Part shown: positions 1-13,825 of the stretch, piece by piece | Layout: each line of letters opens with the position of its first letter | Position numbering within the stretch: the stretch's first letter is position 1 | Assembly (NCBI GenBank): GCA_951406725.2 | Contig: OX597816.1 | Location: forward strand, 116,188,001 to 116,252,000 | DNA length: 64,000 bases | DNA from: Octopus vulgaris | Taxonomy: Eukaryota | Direction of reading: 5' to 3' | Program-made: the position numbers and the translations under genes | The notes under the pieces: model-generated | The model's input: only the letters and a program-made list of their open reading frames with translations | Databases searched by the model: none | What the model was told of the DNA's origin: nothing

Positions 1-215
1 TTATTGGCAACTGAGCGTAGAATTCTTAGAGCGTCGAGCAAAATGTTTTGTGGTGTTTCTTCCAATTCATATTCAGCGTTCAAATTCCGTCGCGGTCGAC
101 TCAGTCTTTCATCACTCGGGGTTGATAAAATCAGTAACTGTTGAGCGGTGGGGACAATGAAATCGATTTTCCCAACACCTAATATTTCTGGTCTTGAACT
201 AAAATTAGAAAAAAC
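1..215 (+). mobile_element. Degenerate tRNA-derived SINE, family A
   Basis: B-box-like gttcaaattccg followed by a core similar to gtcgactttgcctttcatcctttcggggtcgataaaataagtaccag of the other family A copies. Confidence 0.7.
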
Positions 216-396
216 ATATTGAAAATGTACTGATGGTAACAACTTTAAGGTAAAATAACTTTGGAATACTGAATTCATACAACATATGTGTATGCTGTAG
301 GCATGCATATATGTATATGTATGTATATATATATGTGTGTGTGTGTGTGCGCGCGCGCGCGTGCGAGCGCTTATATATATGTATATATATATATAT

Positions 397-1042
397 CGTG
401 ACGCATATTTGCCATTTGAATATGGCTAACCCCTAAGGGTGGATGCTACTGTAGTTTGTAGCCCCAGGAAGATATCTCCTCCAGCTGGCTATAGACACAC
501 TATCTGTGTCCTCTCAGTATTTGTTAAGGGAGTCATCCTCCCCGTCTTCAACTCATGATACACACGGACCCGAGTTTCAAGGTGTTTACCTTTCATCAGC
601 GTGTGACAATCATGGTTGTCGACGAGAAGTCAGCTCCCTTCACAAATACATATACTTTTCCCAGTGTCGATTGACACTGATATTGAAAAAGTGAAATCAA
701 ACAATGATAAATCTCAGAGCGAGTTATAAACAGTAGCGGTAACACATCGTGACGCATATTTGCCATTTGAACATGGCTAACCCCTAAGGGTGGATGCTTC
801 TGTAGTTTGTAGCCCCAGGAAGATATCTCCTCCAGCTGGCTATAGACACACTATCTGTGTCCTCTCAGTATTTGTGAAGGGGAATCATCCTCCCCGTCTT
901 CAACTCATGATACACACGGACCCGAGTTTACCTTTCATCAGCGTGTGACAATCATGGTTGTCGACGAGAAGTCAGCTCCCTTCACAAATACATATACTTA
1001 TGTTACCGCTACTGTTTATAACTCGCTCTGAGATTTATCATT
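397..1042 (-). mobile_element. Non-autonomous hammerhead-bearing PLE/retrozyme-like element with partial tandem duplication and terminal inversion
   Basis: Direct repeats 397-657 and 748-999 (period 351 nt); 703-744 repeated in inverted orientation at 1001-1042; (TA)n on both flanks; no credible ORF. Confidence 0.75.
561..605 (-). ncRNA. Type I minimal hammerhead ribozyme, canonical core
   Basis: Minus strand reads CACACG CUGAUGA AAGGU-AAAC-ACCUU GAAA CUCGG GUC CGUGUG: 6-bp stem I, 5-bp stem II, GUC triplet, self-complementary stem III. Confidence 0.9.
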
Positions 1043-1182
1043 ATATATATATATATAGTATGTATGTATATATATATATATATATATATACATACATACA
1101 TACACACACACGCACACGCACACACACACGCACACACACACACACACACATATATATATACATATATACACATATATATATA

Positions 1183-1385
1183 GTTAATCCAAATATGAAA
1201 ACACAAAGAGAAAACACAACAACGCGAGGACGTGGAACAAGTATAGTATTATTGGATGCTCAGGAAAGAAGGAGGGTTTAATGTTTCGAGCGGAGCTCTT
1301 CGTCAGAAACATAGGAAAAGGAAAGATCCAAAGAAGAGAAGACGGAGGGAAAAAATCGCCAACGGTACACACGCGGTCGACAACA
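1183..1385 (-). mobile_element. Short PLE pseudo-LTR stub
   Basis: Abuts (TA)n, carries a hammerhead motif, and has the same layout as the stubs at 62470 and 63630. Confidence 0.55.
1276..1310 (-). ncRNA. Minimal hammerhead motif
   Basis: GUUU CUGACGA A GAGC-UCC-GCUC GAAA CA UU AAAC; the stem III palindrome is damaged (CA instead of CG). Confidence 0.75.
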
Positions 1386-1595
1386 TAAGAATGAATAAGA
1401 CCTCGATATGATGTAAAATAGAGGAATTTATCTATAAATATAACATGTGACAATTAGTTTGTTGTCATATTTTTTACCTAAAAGAACCTTGGTAATAAAG
1501 ACATGAGAAATGGAGCGAAGTTGGGTCCAAGGGTCTTTGTTTCCTCCGTGCCTTTCACCATCAATATATACATACTTACACACACACACACACAC

Positions 1596-1644
<49 letters not shown>

Positions 1645-1687
1645 TATACATACACACACACAGATATATATATACATATATATATAT

Positions 1688-1718
<31 letters not shown>

Positions 1719-1855
1719 AATGTATGTGTGTGCATACATACAACGTGTGTGTGCTTGTGTGTGTGTGTTTGTGTGTCAGCGCACGCGCGTTTTAGTAGAT
1801 TCATTGACTGACAGATTTCATCAGTGAAAAAAGTAAGAAAATAATGAAGATATCG

Positions 1856-1936
1856 AAGAAGAAGAAGAAGAAGAAGAAGAAGAAGAAGAAGAAGAAGAAG
1901 AAGAAGAAGAAGAAGAAGAAGAAGAAGAAGAAGAAG
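1856..1936 (+). repeat. (GAA)n microsatellite
   Basis: Perfect trinucleotide run; source of the spurious poly-Leu ORF. Confidence 0.95.
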
Positions 1937-2954
1937 ATTAATGTTAATGATGATCATGATTATGACGACGATGGAGAATGAGAATGAGGAGGAAGAGAAG
2001 AGGCAGAGAGGGAGTGATGGTGATGGAGTTGGGTGGCTGTATGATCAAAGAAAAATGTCTTCTATTTTCTTTATATGATTAGCTTACAGCCACAGGTTTT
2101 ACATAGGCAGTTATTAGCGAGAATAAGCAAGAGGAAGAGAGAGAGAGAGAGAAAGAAATAGATAGATATATCTAGTGTAGTGTTAATTCATTAAACGATG
2201 ATCTCCAATTAGTTGTATCGACACCCCATCTTTAAAGCAGAAATCTTAACAAGCCGGTCTTTTGGGAGACACGAAAGGAAAAAGTTTATGTACATTGCTT
2301 GTTTCTTTTGTTTCGCACCAATATATTTGTACCTCATTTATTTATTTATTCATTTATTTATTTTATAGTCGTCACTGGCCGTATTAGTGACTGTATTTAG
2401 TTCATGAAGTTTGTTATGTACTTTTCTCTGCTACGATACTTGTTCCAAAACAGTAGCTATTATTGCGCTGAAAGATAATAATTTCGCAGCTTCCCCATAT
2501 TTTTTCCACACTTTTGGCTCGAGTCAAATGGAACCATGATATGATTGCTTCATTTGCTAGAAATAACAGCCCAGTGTCTTTAAAAAAGAATATGTAATAA
2601 GGGTATATTGGATAAAAGACTTTATCTAAAGAAGTCTAGATGGTCATAGCTAGAGTGCTTATGATTGTAAGTTTTGTTTTTAACCCATATATACCCCTGA
2701 AAAACCTGCTCCTACTTGTTTGGACATGAACACGCTGGGAAGCATCTGACTGAGCATATGAAATATTCAGTAGCTAGTCTACACTCATAGCTAACAGTTG
2801 CATCCTGTCCTTCTCTTCCGGATTGTGGAAGCTTACCATAACGTTTAATCTAAATACAGTGAAATTTTTTTATGGGCATATATGGGTTAAGACTTGACTT
2901 GAAGCTAAACAACAACAGAATTAAAACAACAATTCGTCTCACTGTAAGCATAAT

Positions 2955-3170
2955 AATATTTCTAATATAGACACAAGGCCTGAGACTGGGGATGGGGGTA
3001 AGTCGATGAAATCAACTCCAGTATTTGTCTGATATCTTAATTTATTGATCTTAGAGGGATGAAAGGCGAAGTCGACCTGAGTGGGATTTGAACTTAGAAC
3101 ATAAAAAGCCAAAACAAATGCTGCTAAGCATTTGAGAAAATGCTTTAGCAATTCTGCCAATCCAGCACCC
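2955..3170 (-). mobile_element. SINE family A, diverged
   Basis: gatgaaaggcgaagtcgacc...atttgaact...gctaagcattt is the reverse complement of the family A core and head. Confidence 0.75.
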
Positions 3171-3254
3171 TAGGTAATAATGACAATAATAATGACAATT
3201 TCTTTCATCAGCATGATTCAAGTTAAAAGCGAAGCTACAATTTATGCTTTACAC

Positions 3255-3598
3255 AAGAGCTATAGTAGAAGATACATACCTTGTGAGTGGATTTGGTAGA
3301 CGGAAACTGAAAGAATCCCGTCGTATATATTTATATTTATGTGTGTGTGTGTGCGCGCGCGTGTATGTGTATGTGTGGGTATTTGTATCTGTGTTTGTCC
3401 TCCACCACTGTTTGACAACTGGTGTTGGTGAGTTTACAGCTCCATAACTTAGCGGTTCGGCGAAAATGACGGATAGAATAAGTAGCAGACTTTAAACAAT
3501 AAGTACTGAAATCAATCTGTTAGTCTAAAGAAATTCTTCAAGGGAGTGCCCCATCATAGCCTCAGTCTTTTGACTGAAACATGTAAAAGATAAAAGAT
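3255..3598 (+). mobile_element. SINE family B, 5'-truncated
   Basis: ccttgtgagtggatttggtagacggaaactgaaagaa, internal microsatellite, gactgaaac...taaaaga tail. Confidence 0.8.
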
Positions 3599-4052
3599 AT
3601 AGTTACTGGGTTTGAAATTTTTTATTGAAGGGACTAATTGATTACATTGGCCCCAGTGGGATTGATAAAATAAAGCCAGTCAGGTACTAGAATCGATGTA
3701 ATTGACAATCTCCCTTGCCAAACATTTCAGGCCATGTACTTTTAATGGAAATGATTATTTTATTTATATACACGCAAAAGAGATCGTTATTCTATACAAG
3801 CATCAGTGGATTGAAAGAATCATTAGCATGTCGGATAAAATGCCTTGCAGTATTTGTTAAGGTTTAAATTTCGGCAAGGTCAACCTTGCTTTTCATTCTA
3901 CCAGTGTTGTAATAGTCAAGTAGTCGAATCGATATAATCGGCTGTCCTTTGTCATTAGTAAATTTCTTCACTTGTGCATATATTAGGAAATATCCTTCTA
4001 TACATGCACATACACTTGTGCCTATGTATATGCTTGTTAAGAGACAGACAGG

Positions 4053-4095
<43 letters not shown>

Positions 4096-7000
4096 TGGGT
4101 GTGCGTGTATGTATGCGTGCTGCGTACAAGTGCACACGCACGTTTTTGCCTGCGTGTGAGAGTAAGTGCACATATACGTGTTTTGGTTTGCGTGTGAGAC
4201 TCTATGCCTATACGATAGGTGCGAAGTTTCATCTCTGTATTACATTATTATTACGAGTAAAATCATTTTTAATAAATAAAAAAAAATAATTGGATTTTTA
4301 AAAAAACACAACGAATTTAAAATGTATCTCGTGTTAAAAACATCTAAATTTGAAATTTGTTTTATTTACAAATGTAGTCAACAGAACAAAAAGAAAACAA
4401 CAATATGATACTCTAACACGTCAAATTCTATCTCTTTACACTTGCTGAAAGGAATTGATTAAAAAGGATCAAAACCTAAGCCTCCGAGTGATGAAACTGT
4501 AGCGTATTTCACATTGAAACTGTCAAGGAAAGTGTTTGGATTTAGCATGGAATAGAAAACCTTAAATTAATGGTTTAAAAATCTATATTTGTTAGAAGCA
4601 ATTGGAGAAGAATAACATAGCTATGTAAAAACGAAGAGATCATGCTACTTTTAATACATTTTACTTCGCAACAAGTCTTCAATATTGTCGATTCAAAGAG
4701 TGATGACTCTACTCCATTGGTGAAGAACCGCTAGCTTTTACCTGACAAGACCACATTAAAAAGAAATTATGCAGTTATTCCAAGTTAAGGACCATGTTGC
4801 ATGCTCATCATATATTTAGTGATTGCGGTAACATTAAGCTCTTAGTATTTGTCTTGGTTTATTCGCCCTAGTTAATACGCAATGAACTTGAAAGTGCGTG
4901 TGAAGCAGTGAGATATTTTACTTTCAAACTTTTTCTCCACATGTTGCTGACTAAAACAGTGGAGCCAAACATGTTAACTTTTCTCTTAAAGACAATTCAT
5001 ACATCTTTCCTTTTAGATTGAGAAACTAATGCAAATGATTCAAAATACACTCTAGAATCAATATAAACTGGCTAACAACCGAGGTCAGTTCGACTTCTTA
5101 ATGCACATCTCATCACTCCCTCTTTCTATCCATCCTTCCATCACACACCCCAATCTTCACCTATCTCACCACTGCATCCATTATCCTCTGACACCCCTTA
5201 TTCACTGTTACGGCTCAGGGATTCTAGAATAGCTGGTCAACTGCCAGATCTTCATATTGCCAGCCACGCAAACCCTCCCCCTCAACTGAAATATGTATGC
5301 ACGATTGGGTATAATTAGGTATTTAACAGGATTATCGTTATACTTGAGAACAATGAAAATTCTTACATCTTTTGATCGTGTCATTTTTTCACACTCTGTA
5401 AAACAATATATTTATCAAAATTCATTTACAGCTAAATAGCAAAGTTAGTATTAGAAATATTTAAAAACAAAACTGCACCAAAAATTATAAACTGCATTTA
5501 TACCGTTTAACGCCAAATGAACTTTTCAATTAGCCTGTATGTTGTCTACTGCACCAAACCCTGTCACACAGCGGGACTAACATGTCTCTTCTAGCATTGA
5601 CTCAGCAACTTAACTATATAAAATTTATTTTCCCCTTCAACCTTATAACTGATTATTTAAATATCCTAACAGTAACATTTCTCTGAAGATTTTTCTGTTG
5701 GTAAGAACGCTAAGTTTAGGGAAGAAACTACCAAAATCCAGAGTTGCTTAGATGTATATTTGCGACAGCAGAATGTGAAGCTGTTGACAAAGCTGGTCAT
5801 AACTCTACTCGATCCGTGAAGCTTAATAACAACAGCTGCAACAACAACGACGATAAATATATATTTACTTCGAAACCACTTTGACATGATTATATTTAAA
5901 ACATGGAAGAGAGTTTCTATCAAGCTAAAAATTCATTAGTAGACTTAAAATCAACAGTTGCAACAAAGCAGTTAATTATTTATACCGTGTCTATGCCTCT
6001 TATAGCGGACTATTGTCCTCAACATGTGATGCCGGTTTACAACCATATTGCTATGTCAGCAGGAATTGTATTCTAAGTATTAACCATACATTAATATCTG
6101 TCATTTCTACTAGATCAACCACCTGTGACTCTACAGCGCCAAGATTAAACGAGAAATCTCGTAATTCTAGCCGCCCACACTAGATGAAAAAATTTTCAAT
6201 TAGAGGGTGTGGTGGGTGGATCAGAAAGTTTGGCTTGGTATTACATATGACTGTCGTTGGATATTGGATATGACAGAATAATAACGTTAAGGGAGACGAA
6301 AAATACTTACACGTACATAGACATACACATATATACATAAGTATATACATGCATACATATGTTTGCGTACACTCTACTTTTAGTAACACTGAGTAGAGTA
6401 TGTCTCTTTATAAGTGATACCCTTAATTTTAGCCCATTATAAATAGATCATCATGTGACCTTACTTTACTCGTTCCCAAAATGATGCCCATTCTCTGCAA
6501 CTCTCCTTCCTTTCTCCAACTCCGATCAATAACTACTTTTGAAGTTTCTATTTCTTTGAATGTTACATTTTGCTTTAAATCCACGAATGAATATAACTCT
6601 TAATTATCAAATTCCATTTCTGTTGGATGTAAGCCGTAATGAAACACAAACCAACACACACAAAACCAAGAAATAAACACACGTATATATGTATATAATA
6701 CCACATAAACCACCAAAAATAAACTGGCTGTGCCAAGTCTTATTTTTCTGAGCAACTGATTGAAATAGTGACATAAAATTACATTCATTTGTATTTTTCT
6801 CAGTTGTCCACATTTTTACAAATCTCGCTAATTGTCACTCTAGGCTGTGTTGGCATCTTAGCAGTTTTATAACATTTCTTTTGAAAGTTTACCAAGCCTA
6901 TCAAACAGCCAAACAGCACGTACTCGTACTTACGCACACACCTACACAAGTTTATACACGCATAAACGCACAAGGAAAAAAAGAAGACCAAAATTTGTGA

Positions 7001-7659
7001 AACTAGCTAATATTTAGTCTGTGCCCACAGTATCGACCAAGTAGATTCATGTATATAGGTGTGCATGTATTTGCGTGTGTCTTTACATAAATGTACGCTT
7101 GTTACTTTAATGTTTAATTGATTTTGTTTCATTGTCGTTATTTTACACCCATCATTTTATGATATAATAATCGTTTGATTGGTTTAGCAAAATCAATAAT
7201 CAAACAGCTCTGCTAATTAGTTCGCAAGTAAGATTAACTGACTAATAGTGACTCTCACACACACATTCACATATACAAACATGCACTCACACACAGTGTG
7301 TAACTGTTATTTCTAAGACTCTTCAATCTCAGACTGGAGTTGTTCCAAATTTACTTTAGAAGAACTAATAAGCTTCTCAGTCTTCAAGTTTGGATAATCA
7401 CCAGCTGTATGAACCCCAGTCGGTCACATCAAAACTGAAGTGGAAAAGAGTCGAGGAAATGGTTTATTATTATTTGTTATTCAAGAAACTTTCCATAGAA
7501 TTATACTACCTTCATTCAACGTTTTCTTGGGAGGGATTTGAAATCAGAGCGCGGGGAGAAACGGAATGACTACCACAAAATGTTATATCCTGCATGCTAA
7601 TGGCCTTGCTGCCTTTAATATGTATCGTTCACGAATCCATTTCTACCCCACCAGCAATT

Positions 7660-8225
7660 AACTCATGTGTTCCCAAAGATTAGATTTTGTCCGTCAATCA
7701 TCAATGACCTGCTTGCTGCCATGTCCAACAACACCCACCCACGTACAGCTGTCACGTCGCTTCCATTCTAATTTCCCACGACCATGCGTCATCAACATAC
7801 AACCTTGACACCACTTGCTTCCATTGATTCCTTGAACAGAAACCTTGCGAGCATCCTTCTCTCACTTTATAGCAAAAATATTGAAGCACTACCCATATCA
7901 AGAAAACGCCACCGTGCAACACTTCCAAAAGCATGAGAAGTGTGCTCAAATAGAATCTTCGCAGACACCCCAAAGTTTGAGTCACACAATCACCGAGGAC
8001 CATTCTTAGCACGCCCTTAGTCATCACAAAGATTGATTCTTCTTTTCGGGATCAGAAAATATCTCTTCTCCGAAAGCTACTGACACTCTACGAGGCTCAA
8101 ATTAGGACTACAATGGGGTAATACTCTCACATTTGGAACGGCGCTGTGGCTACGAACACAGAAATACTGGATCACATCCATCGAAGGACTACTTGACTGA
8201 TTAATTCCACCTCCCTTCGATCAGA
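7660..8225 (+). pseudogene. CR1/Jockey-group LINE reverse transcriptase relic
   Basis: Disrupted translation gives VPKD*IL, INDLLAAMSNN and LYEAQIRTTMG*YSHIWNGA, matching GVPQGSIL, INDL..YADD and LYKAQIRP.MEYCSHIW motifs. Confidence 0.65.
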
Positions 8226-8736
8226 AACTATTTTGTCATATTCTATATTTTACATGTGTGTGTATGCGTGTGTGTGTGTGTGTGTGTCCGTGCGTGTGTG
8301 CGTGAGCGTGTCTCATATTTATAAACGTATATATACAATGTATACATATGCATACATACATTTATTCATACATACATACATACATACATACATACATACA
8401 TACATACATACATACATACATACATACATACATACGTATGTATGCAACCGGTGTGACTATGTCGAACTTCCGCTGTTTGTATTTTATAATGTTCTTGACC
8501 CCTGTTCTGATATCAAATGTAGAAATGTTAAGCAGGAGTATTAAAATGTAGGAGAAAATATTTTGAAATATTTGTCCTGACTCTATATTCTGATTTCAAA
8601 CGCTACCAGTGTCAGTTTTGCCTGTCATCATTCCAGCGTCGATAGAGTACCAATCAAGCACTTTGGGTCCATTTCCTTCAATATTATGTATCTTGGGCGT
8701 AAATCTGACCATTATAATTCTAATAATGAAACATTG

Positions 8737-8774
<38 letters not shown>

Positions 8775-8784
8775 TATTATTATC

Positions 8785-10383
8785 CTAGTGCATGGTAACT
8801 TATTTAGCAGGTATTTTTTTTATCTTGGTGTTTGATGGCAAGTCTGCTCAAATCTCAAAAATCATAGGATTTTTGAAGAATATTGAACGGTACTGTTCTG
8901 CTAGTCGACAATACAAGTTTAAATTCCAATTTTTTTCAGTCTTTGGGGTGTCATTTTGGGTATTGTATGAAGCGCACCAATGTCTACAGGAATAATTGTT
9001 ATCTTGGTCATCTACTGTCTTCTCAGCTCTCTGGCTAGATTCTGATACTTCTCAGCTTTTTAATTTCTTTGGTATCGACCCTGCTATCATAGGGAATTAC
9101 AAAACATCTATATTCTAACTATTTATTTCTTTTGTCCTCTATGATCATATCTGATCTTATTGCTTCGGTATTTTGATCAGTCTTTATGGAGGAATCCCAC
9201 AAGATCTTTTAATTCTCATTTTCTATCACAGCTTCTGGTTCGTGCTCATACCACAACCCACACACTCTGCTAACATTCCAATGCACTCTTTTGCCTACAC
9301 AACCATGTCTTCGTTTATACTCTTTTTGTGCTAGTATATTGTACTCATTCAAAAGGTGATTGATGCTTTTGTTTCCTTTCCTGCAATTTCTACATTTGCT
9401 ATCTGACAGACTTTTGTTGATTTATGTCTTTATCAGATTTGTCCTAAGCGCTTGTTCTTCACCGGCTATAATTGGCATACCAATCTCTCGTTTCAAATTA
9501 TCGTCTATCAGTTAGAGCCAGCGGTCACTACTTCCTGTGTTCTCGATTTGTTGCATGAATTGGCCATGTAATTCCATTTCTTTGTATTTATCTGTTCTAT
9601 TGTTCATTTTGTTCTTCCTTTTTTCTTACTGTTTCAGTCACATTTTCTGTATCTTTGGCTGCCAATATCATTCTTTCTTTACTCTGCACAACATAATTTT
9701 TACTCTGCACAACATAATTTTTCAGACATAGTATCACAGTTTTAACATCATCGTCTGCATTTAGTAACCTTCTGCCATCTTCCTTTCTTGCTAGGTATAG
9801 TCAGTCGCCATTGCTTTTAGAGTGGTGAATGTTGTGCATTCTGAGCAGCTTTCTAGTTCTTCTATCCAAGTTCAGTAGTTCAACCTTTGTGGGCCTCAGA
9901 AAGGGAGCAGAATATCTCAGTACGGGCATAGCATATATATTCATGGCTTTGGTGATACTACCTCCATTTAATTGTTTCGAGCACCTTCCTAGTTCACCTC
10001 TTATATTTTTAGTGACTTTCTCTCTCATTCCTCCTTCCATTATCCTGTCGTCTTGCAGCACTTCTAGATATTTGTTTTCCTCGTTATTCCACAGCAACCA
10101 AATAATGACTTGCAATAATTTTGTGCCATCAGAATTTATCTTCCGACCTCTCTTCATAATTAGTACTGTGCACTTATCTACCCCAAACTGCATTCCATTG
10201 TTTTTACTAAATACTCTCACTGTTTGGATCAATGAGTCTAGGTTTGTCTCGCTTTTTGCATACATCTTGAGGTCATCTGTATCAGGTAGTTGATTTATTC
10301 CCATCTTAGAACTGGTAAATTCCTAGGCAGTTCTGGATTTTCTCAGTATACTTGTCAGAAGAATAATCGCAATGACGAAGAGT

Positions 10384-10425
<42 letters not shown>

Positions 10426-10672
10426 ACCTCTCTAGGAAATAACCCTGCGTAATTTCGCGTTTCCTAGCGATTCATTTGCACATTTAAGTTCTACTTCCCA
10501 CATTCTATTTGATTTCTGAAAAAGATTGTTAATCTCATTGACGTCAAGAACCAGAGGTGTATGACATTGTCATGAGCCTTCCTGTAGTCTAAATTCTTCA
10601 TCTTTACTCATGTCTCAATTATGAGGCCAGTTAATAGTTTCCAGAAAAATGGTAAGCAAGTAAAAGGTCTAC
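8785..10672 (-). pseudogene. R4/Dong-clade non-LTR retrotransposon relic (RT plus restriction-like endonuclease)
   Basis: DDLKMYAKSETNLDSLIQTVRVFS..GMQFGVDKC, LAQKEYKRRH, WYEHEP, KILWD, IIPV.IGAL.TIPK; many stops and frameshifts; (TTA)n/(CAT)n flanks. Confidence 0.85.
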
Positions 10673-10699
10673 ATTATTATTATTGTCGTTGTCGTTGCG

Positions 10700-10936
10700 A
10701 GGGCTGCGAGCTGGCCGAATCGTTAACACGCTGGACTAAATGATTAGCGGCATCTCGCCTATCGTCACGTTCTGAGTTCAAATTCTGCCGAGGTCAACTT
10801 TGCCTTTCATCCTTTCGGGGTCGATAAAATAAATACCAGTGAAACTCTGGGGTCGATGTAATCGGCTAGTCCCCGCCCACCAAATTTCAGGCTTTGTACC
10901 TATAGTAGAAAGGATTATTATTATTGTTGTTGTTTC

Positions 10937-10981
<45 letters not shown>

Positions 10982-11729
10982 GGCGGTGAGATGGCAGTAT
11001 CGTTACGTTAGCACGCCGGGAAAAATGCTCAGTGACATTTCGTCCGTCTGTACGTTCTTAACTCAAATTCCTCCGCGGTGAAATTTGTTTTTCATCCTTT
11101 CGAAGGCGATAAAATAAGTACCAGTTGAACACCGGGGTCGATGTAACCGTCTCACCCTTTTCTCTGAAACTGCTTGCCTTATGCCAAAATGTAAAACTAT
11201 TATTACTATTATTGTTATTTACTTTTAATTTGCATGTCTGTTACAATCACTTCACTCACCCTAGGACGCTGGGTGTGTCTTGACAAGTGATTGTAACAAT
11301 AATAGCAATAATGGCTTCACATTTTGGAGTAAGGCGAGCGGAATTTGAACTAAGAACGTAAAGACAGACGAAATGCCACTGAACAGTTTTCCCGGTGTGC
11401 TAACGATTCTGCCACCTTAGGTTGTTTTGCTCTGCTTCGATACAGTCCTAGCTACTGATTAAACCGTTCTTCTGGACAAGTACAGCCGACCGGTGTCTAT
11501 CATTATTATTATTATTCAAGGCGGCGAGCTGGCAGAATCGTTAGCGCACTGGATGAAATGCTTAGTGGTATTTAGCCAGTCGCTACGTTCTTAGTTCAAA
11601 TTCCGCCGAGGTCGACTTTGCCTTTCATTCTTTCGGGGTCGATAAATTACGCACCAGTTGCGTACTGTGCTCGACATAATTGACTGCTCCCCACAAAAAA
11701 TTTCAGGCTTTGTGCCTATAGTAGAAAGG

Positions 11730-11774
<45 letters not shown>

Positions 11775-11980
11775 GTGCAGTATCGTTTGCACAAAATATT
11801 CAATGGCTTTCCTTCCGAATTTACGTTCAGAGTTCAAATGTCACAGGGATTGACTTGCCTTTTACATCCTTTCAGGATCGATAAAATAAGTACCAGTTGA
11901 GTATTGGGGATGGGGTCGATGTAATCGACTTATCTCCTCCCTCAAAATTTCTGGCCTTGAGCCACACTTTGAAACCCTCA
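10700..11980 (+). mobile_element. Cluster of family A SINEs separated by (TTA)n tails (about 10700-10915, 10981-11200, 11520-11730, 11780-11980; a minus-strand piece at about 11330-11415)
   Basis: Repeated head ggcgagctggcagaatcgttag (A box), gttcaaattccgccgaggtc (B box), common core and ATT tail. Confidence 0.85.
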
Positions 11981-12326
11981 TTATTAATATCTGTGTATTG
12001 GCAAAATTGCTAGTTCAGCAGAAAAAATGGCATGCGGCTCTTTCAATTCTAAAAGCCACAAAACGCCTATGTCCATTTTGTTTTGCTTCACCATTTAAGT
12101 AATCAACAGACTCTTTTTCAAAATTACTGACCTTTTGTTTAAATAAGGAACGATTATTTATGCTATAAGTGGTCTAGATAGAAACTTTCTCATTAATATG
12201 GAATATCGTCTTTTTCTTATTTTGGTTTATTTTTATATAAAATTAAATTCGTCTCTCTGACGTTGATTGCTTTGTTGTTGCATATAATTGTTATTCTTTG
12301 AAGTAGTAGTAGTAGTAGTAGTAGAA

Positions 12327-12376
<50 letters not shown>

Positions 12377-12595
12377 TTTGATGGTGGTGGTGGTGGTGGT
12401 GGTGGTGGTGGTGGTGATTGTGCTGGTGGTGCTGGTAGCGGCGGCGGCGGCGGAGACGGACGTGTTTTCTCCCCGACCTACGTTTCCCGCTCGTATTTGT
12501 CACTATAGCTTTAACTGTCCACATCACTGGTGCTGTCATCACATTCATTAAATTCCTATTAACCACACCTTCCTGTTTCTCTCATTCCTTTCTTT

Positions 12596-12642
<47 letters not shown>

Positions 12643-13194
12643 AATACGCGCGCACACAAACACACATACAAACAGGCACGCACACACACACGCAGAGACA
12701 GGCACGTGTATACTCACAACTGCCACCATAACCACCATCACTACCACCACCACCGCTACCTCCATCATGAAGAACCCCCTCACGGCCCTATGATTTCAAA
12801 TGACAATCTCTAAATCTACCAACAATCTTTTTTGTTTTTTTTTAATGAAACATTTCAAGAAAGTGACAAAAAATATTTCAAATGACACTTTTTAAAAATA
12901 TTTCGTTTTAAAATTGCATTCATCAAACAAAAAAAAGAAACGAAAATGTGTGTAAGTGCATATATGTGTGCGTGTTGGTTATTACACACATATTGGTATT
13001 ATAAGTGTGTGTGTGTGTGCGTGCGCATGTGTATGCGTGAGTGTGTGTTCGCGCGCGCGCACGATACGTGCAAACGTACATAGCATTTGCGTACCGCATA
13101 CATACACACATGAACACAATATACACGCATATACATATACGCATACAAACACACATACACATATATATAAATGCGTATACAAATATATATGTAT

Positions 13195-13234
<40 letters not shown>

Positions 13235-13413
13235 GCACCTATACACTCATATATTTATATATTATATATAAACATGTGTGTGTGTGTGTATTCTAATCTT
13301 ATGCAACATTTAAATATACGAAACGATTTCAGAAATACTGACACTCACACACATCTACATACATACATATATACCTACACACACACACACACACATGTAT
13401 ATATCTATCTATA

Positions 13414-13553
<140 letters not shown>

Positions 13554-13561
13554 TATATATA

Positions 13562-13825
13562 CTCTTTTACTATTTTACTATTTTACTTGTTTCAATCTTT
13601 TGACTGCGGCCATGCTGGAGCACTGCCTTTAGTTGAGCAAATCGACCCCTAGTACTTAATCTATCGGTCTCTTGTGCTGAACCGCTAAGTTATGGGGACA
13701 TAAATTGACCACCATCGGTTTTCAAGCGATGTTGGGGACAAACACAGACGCACAAACATATATACACACACATATATATATATATATACGACGGGCTTCT
13801 TTCAGTTTCAGTTTCCGTCTACCAA
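13562..13825 (-). mobile_element. SINE family B, 3' half, cut off by a PLE-like insertion
   Basis: tttgactgcggccatgctggagcac...cgacgggcttctttcagttt...ccgtctaccaaat, then an abrupt switch to unrelated sequence. Confidence 0.85.

Noticed and set aside
4400-5700. Faint Helitron helicase-like peptide fragments on the plus strand
   Set aside because: Too degenerate to distinguish from chance by eye; needs a frameshift-aware search
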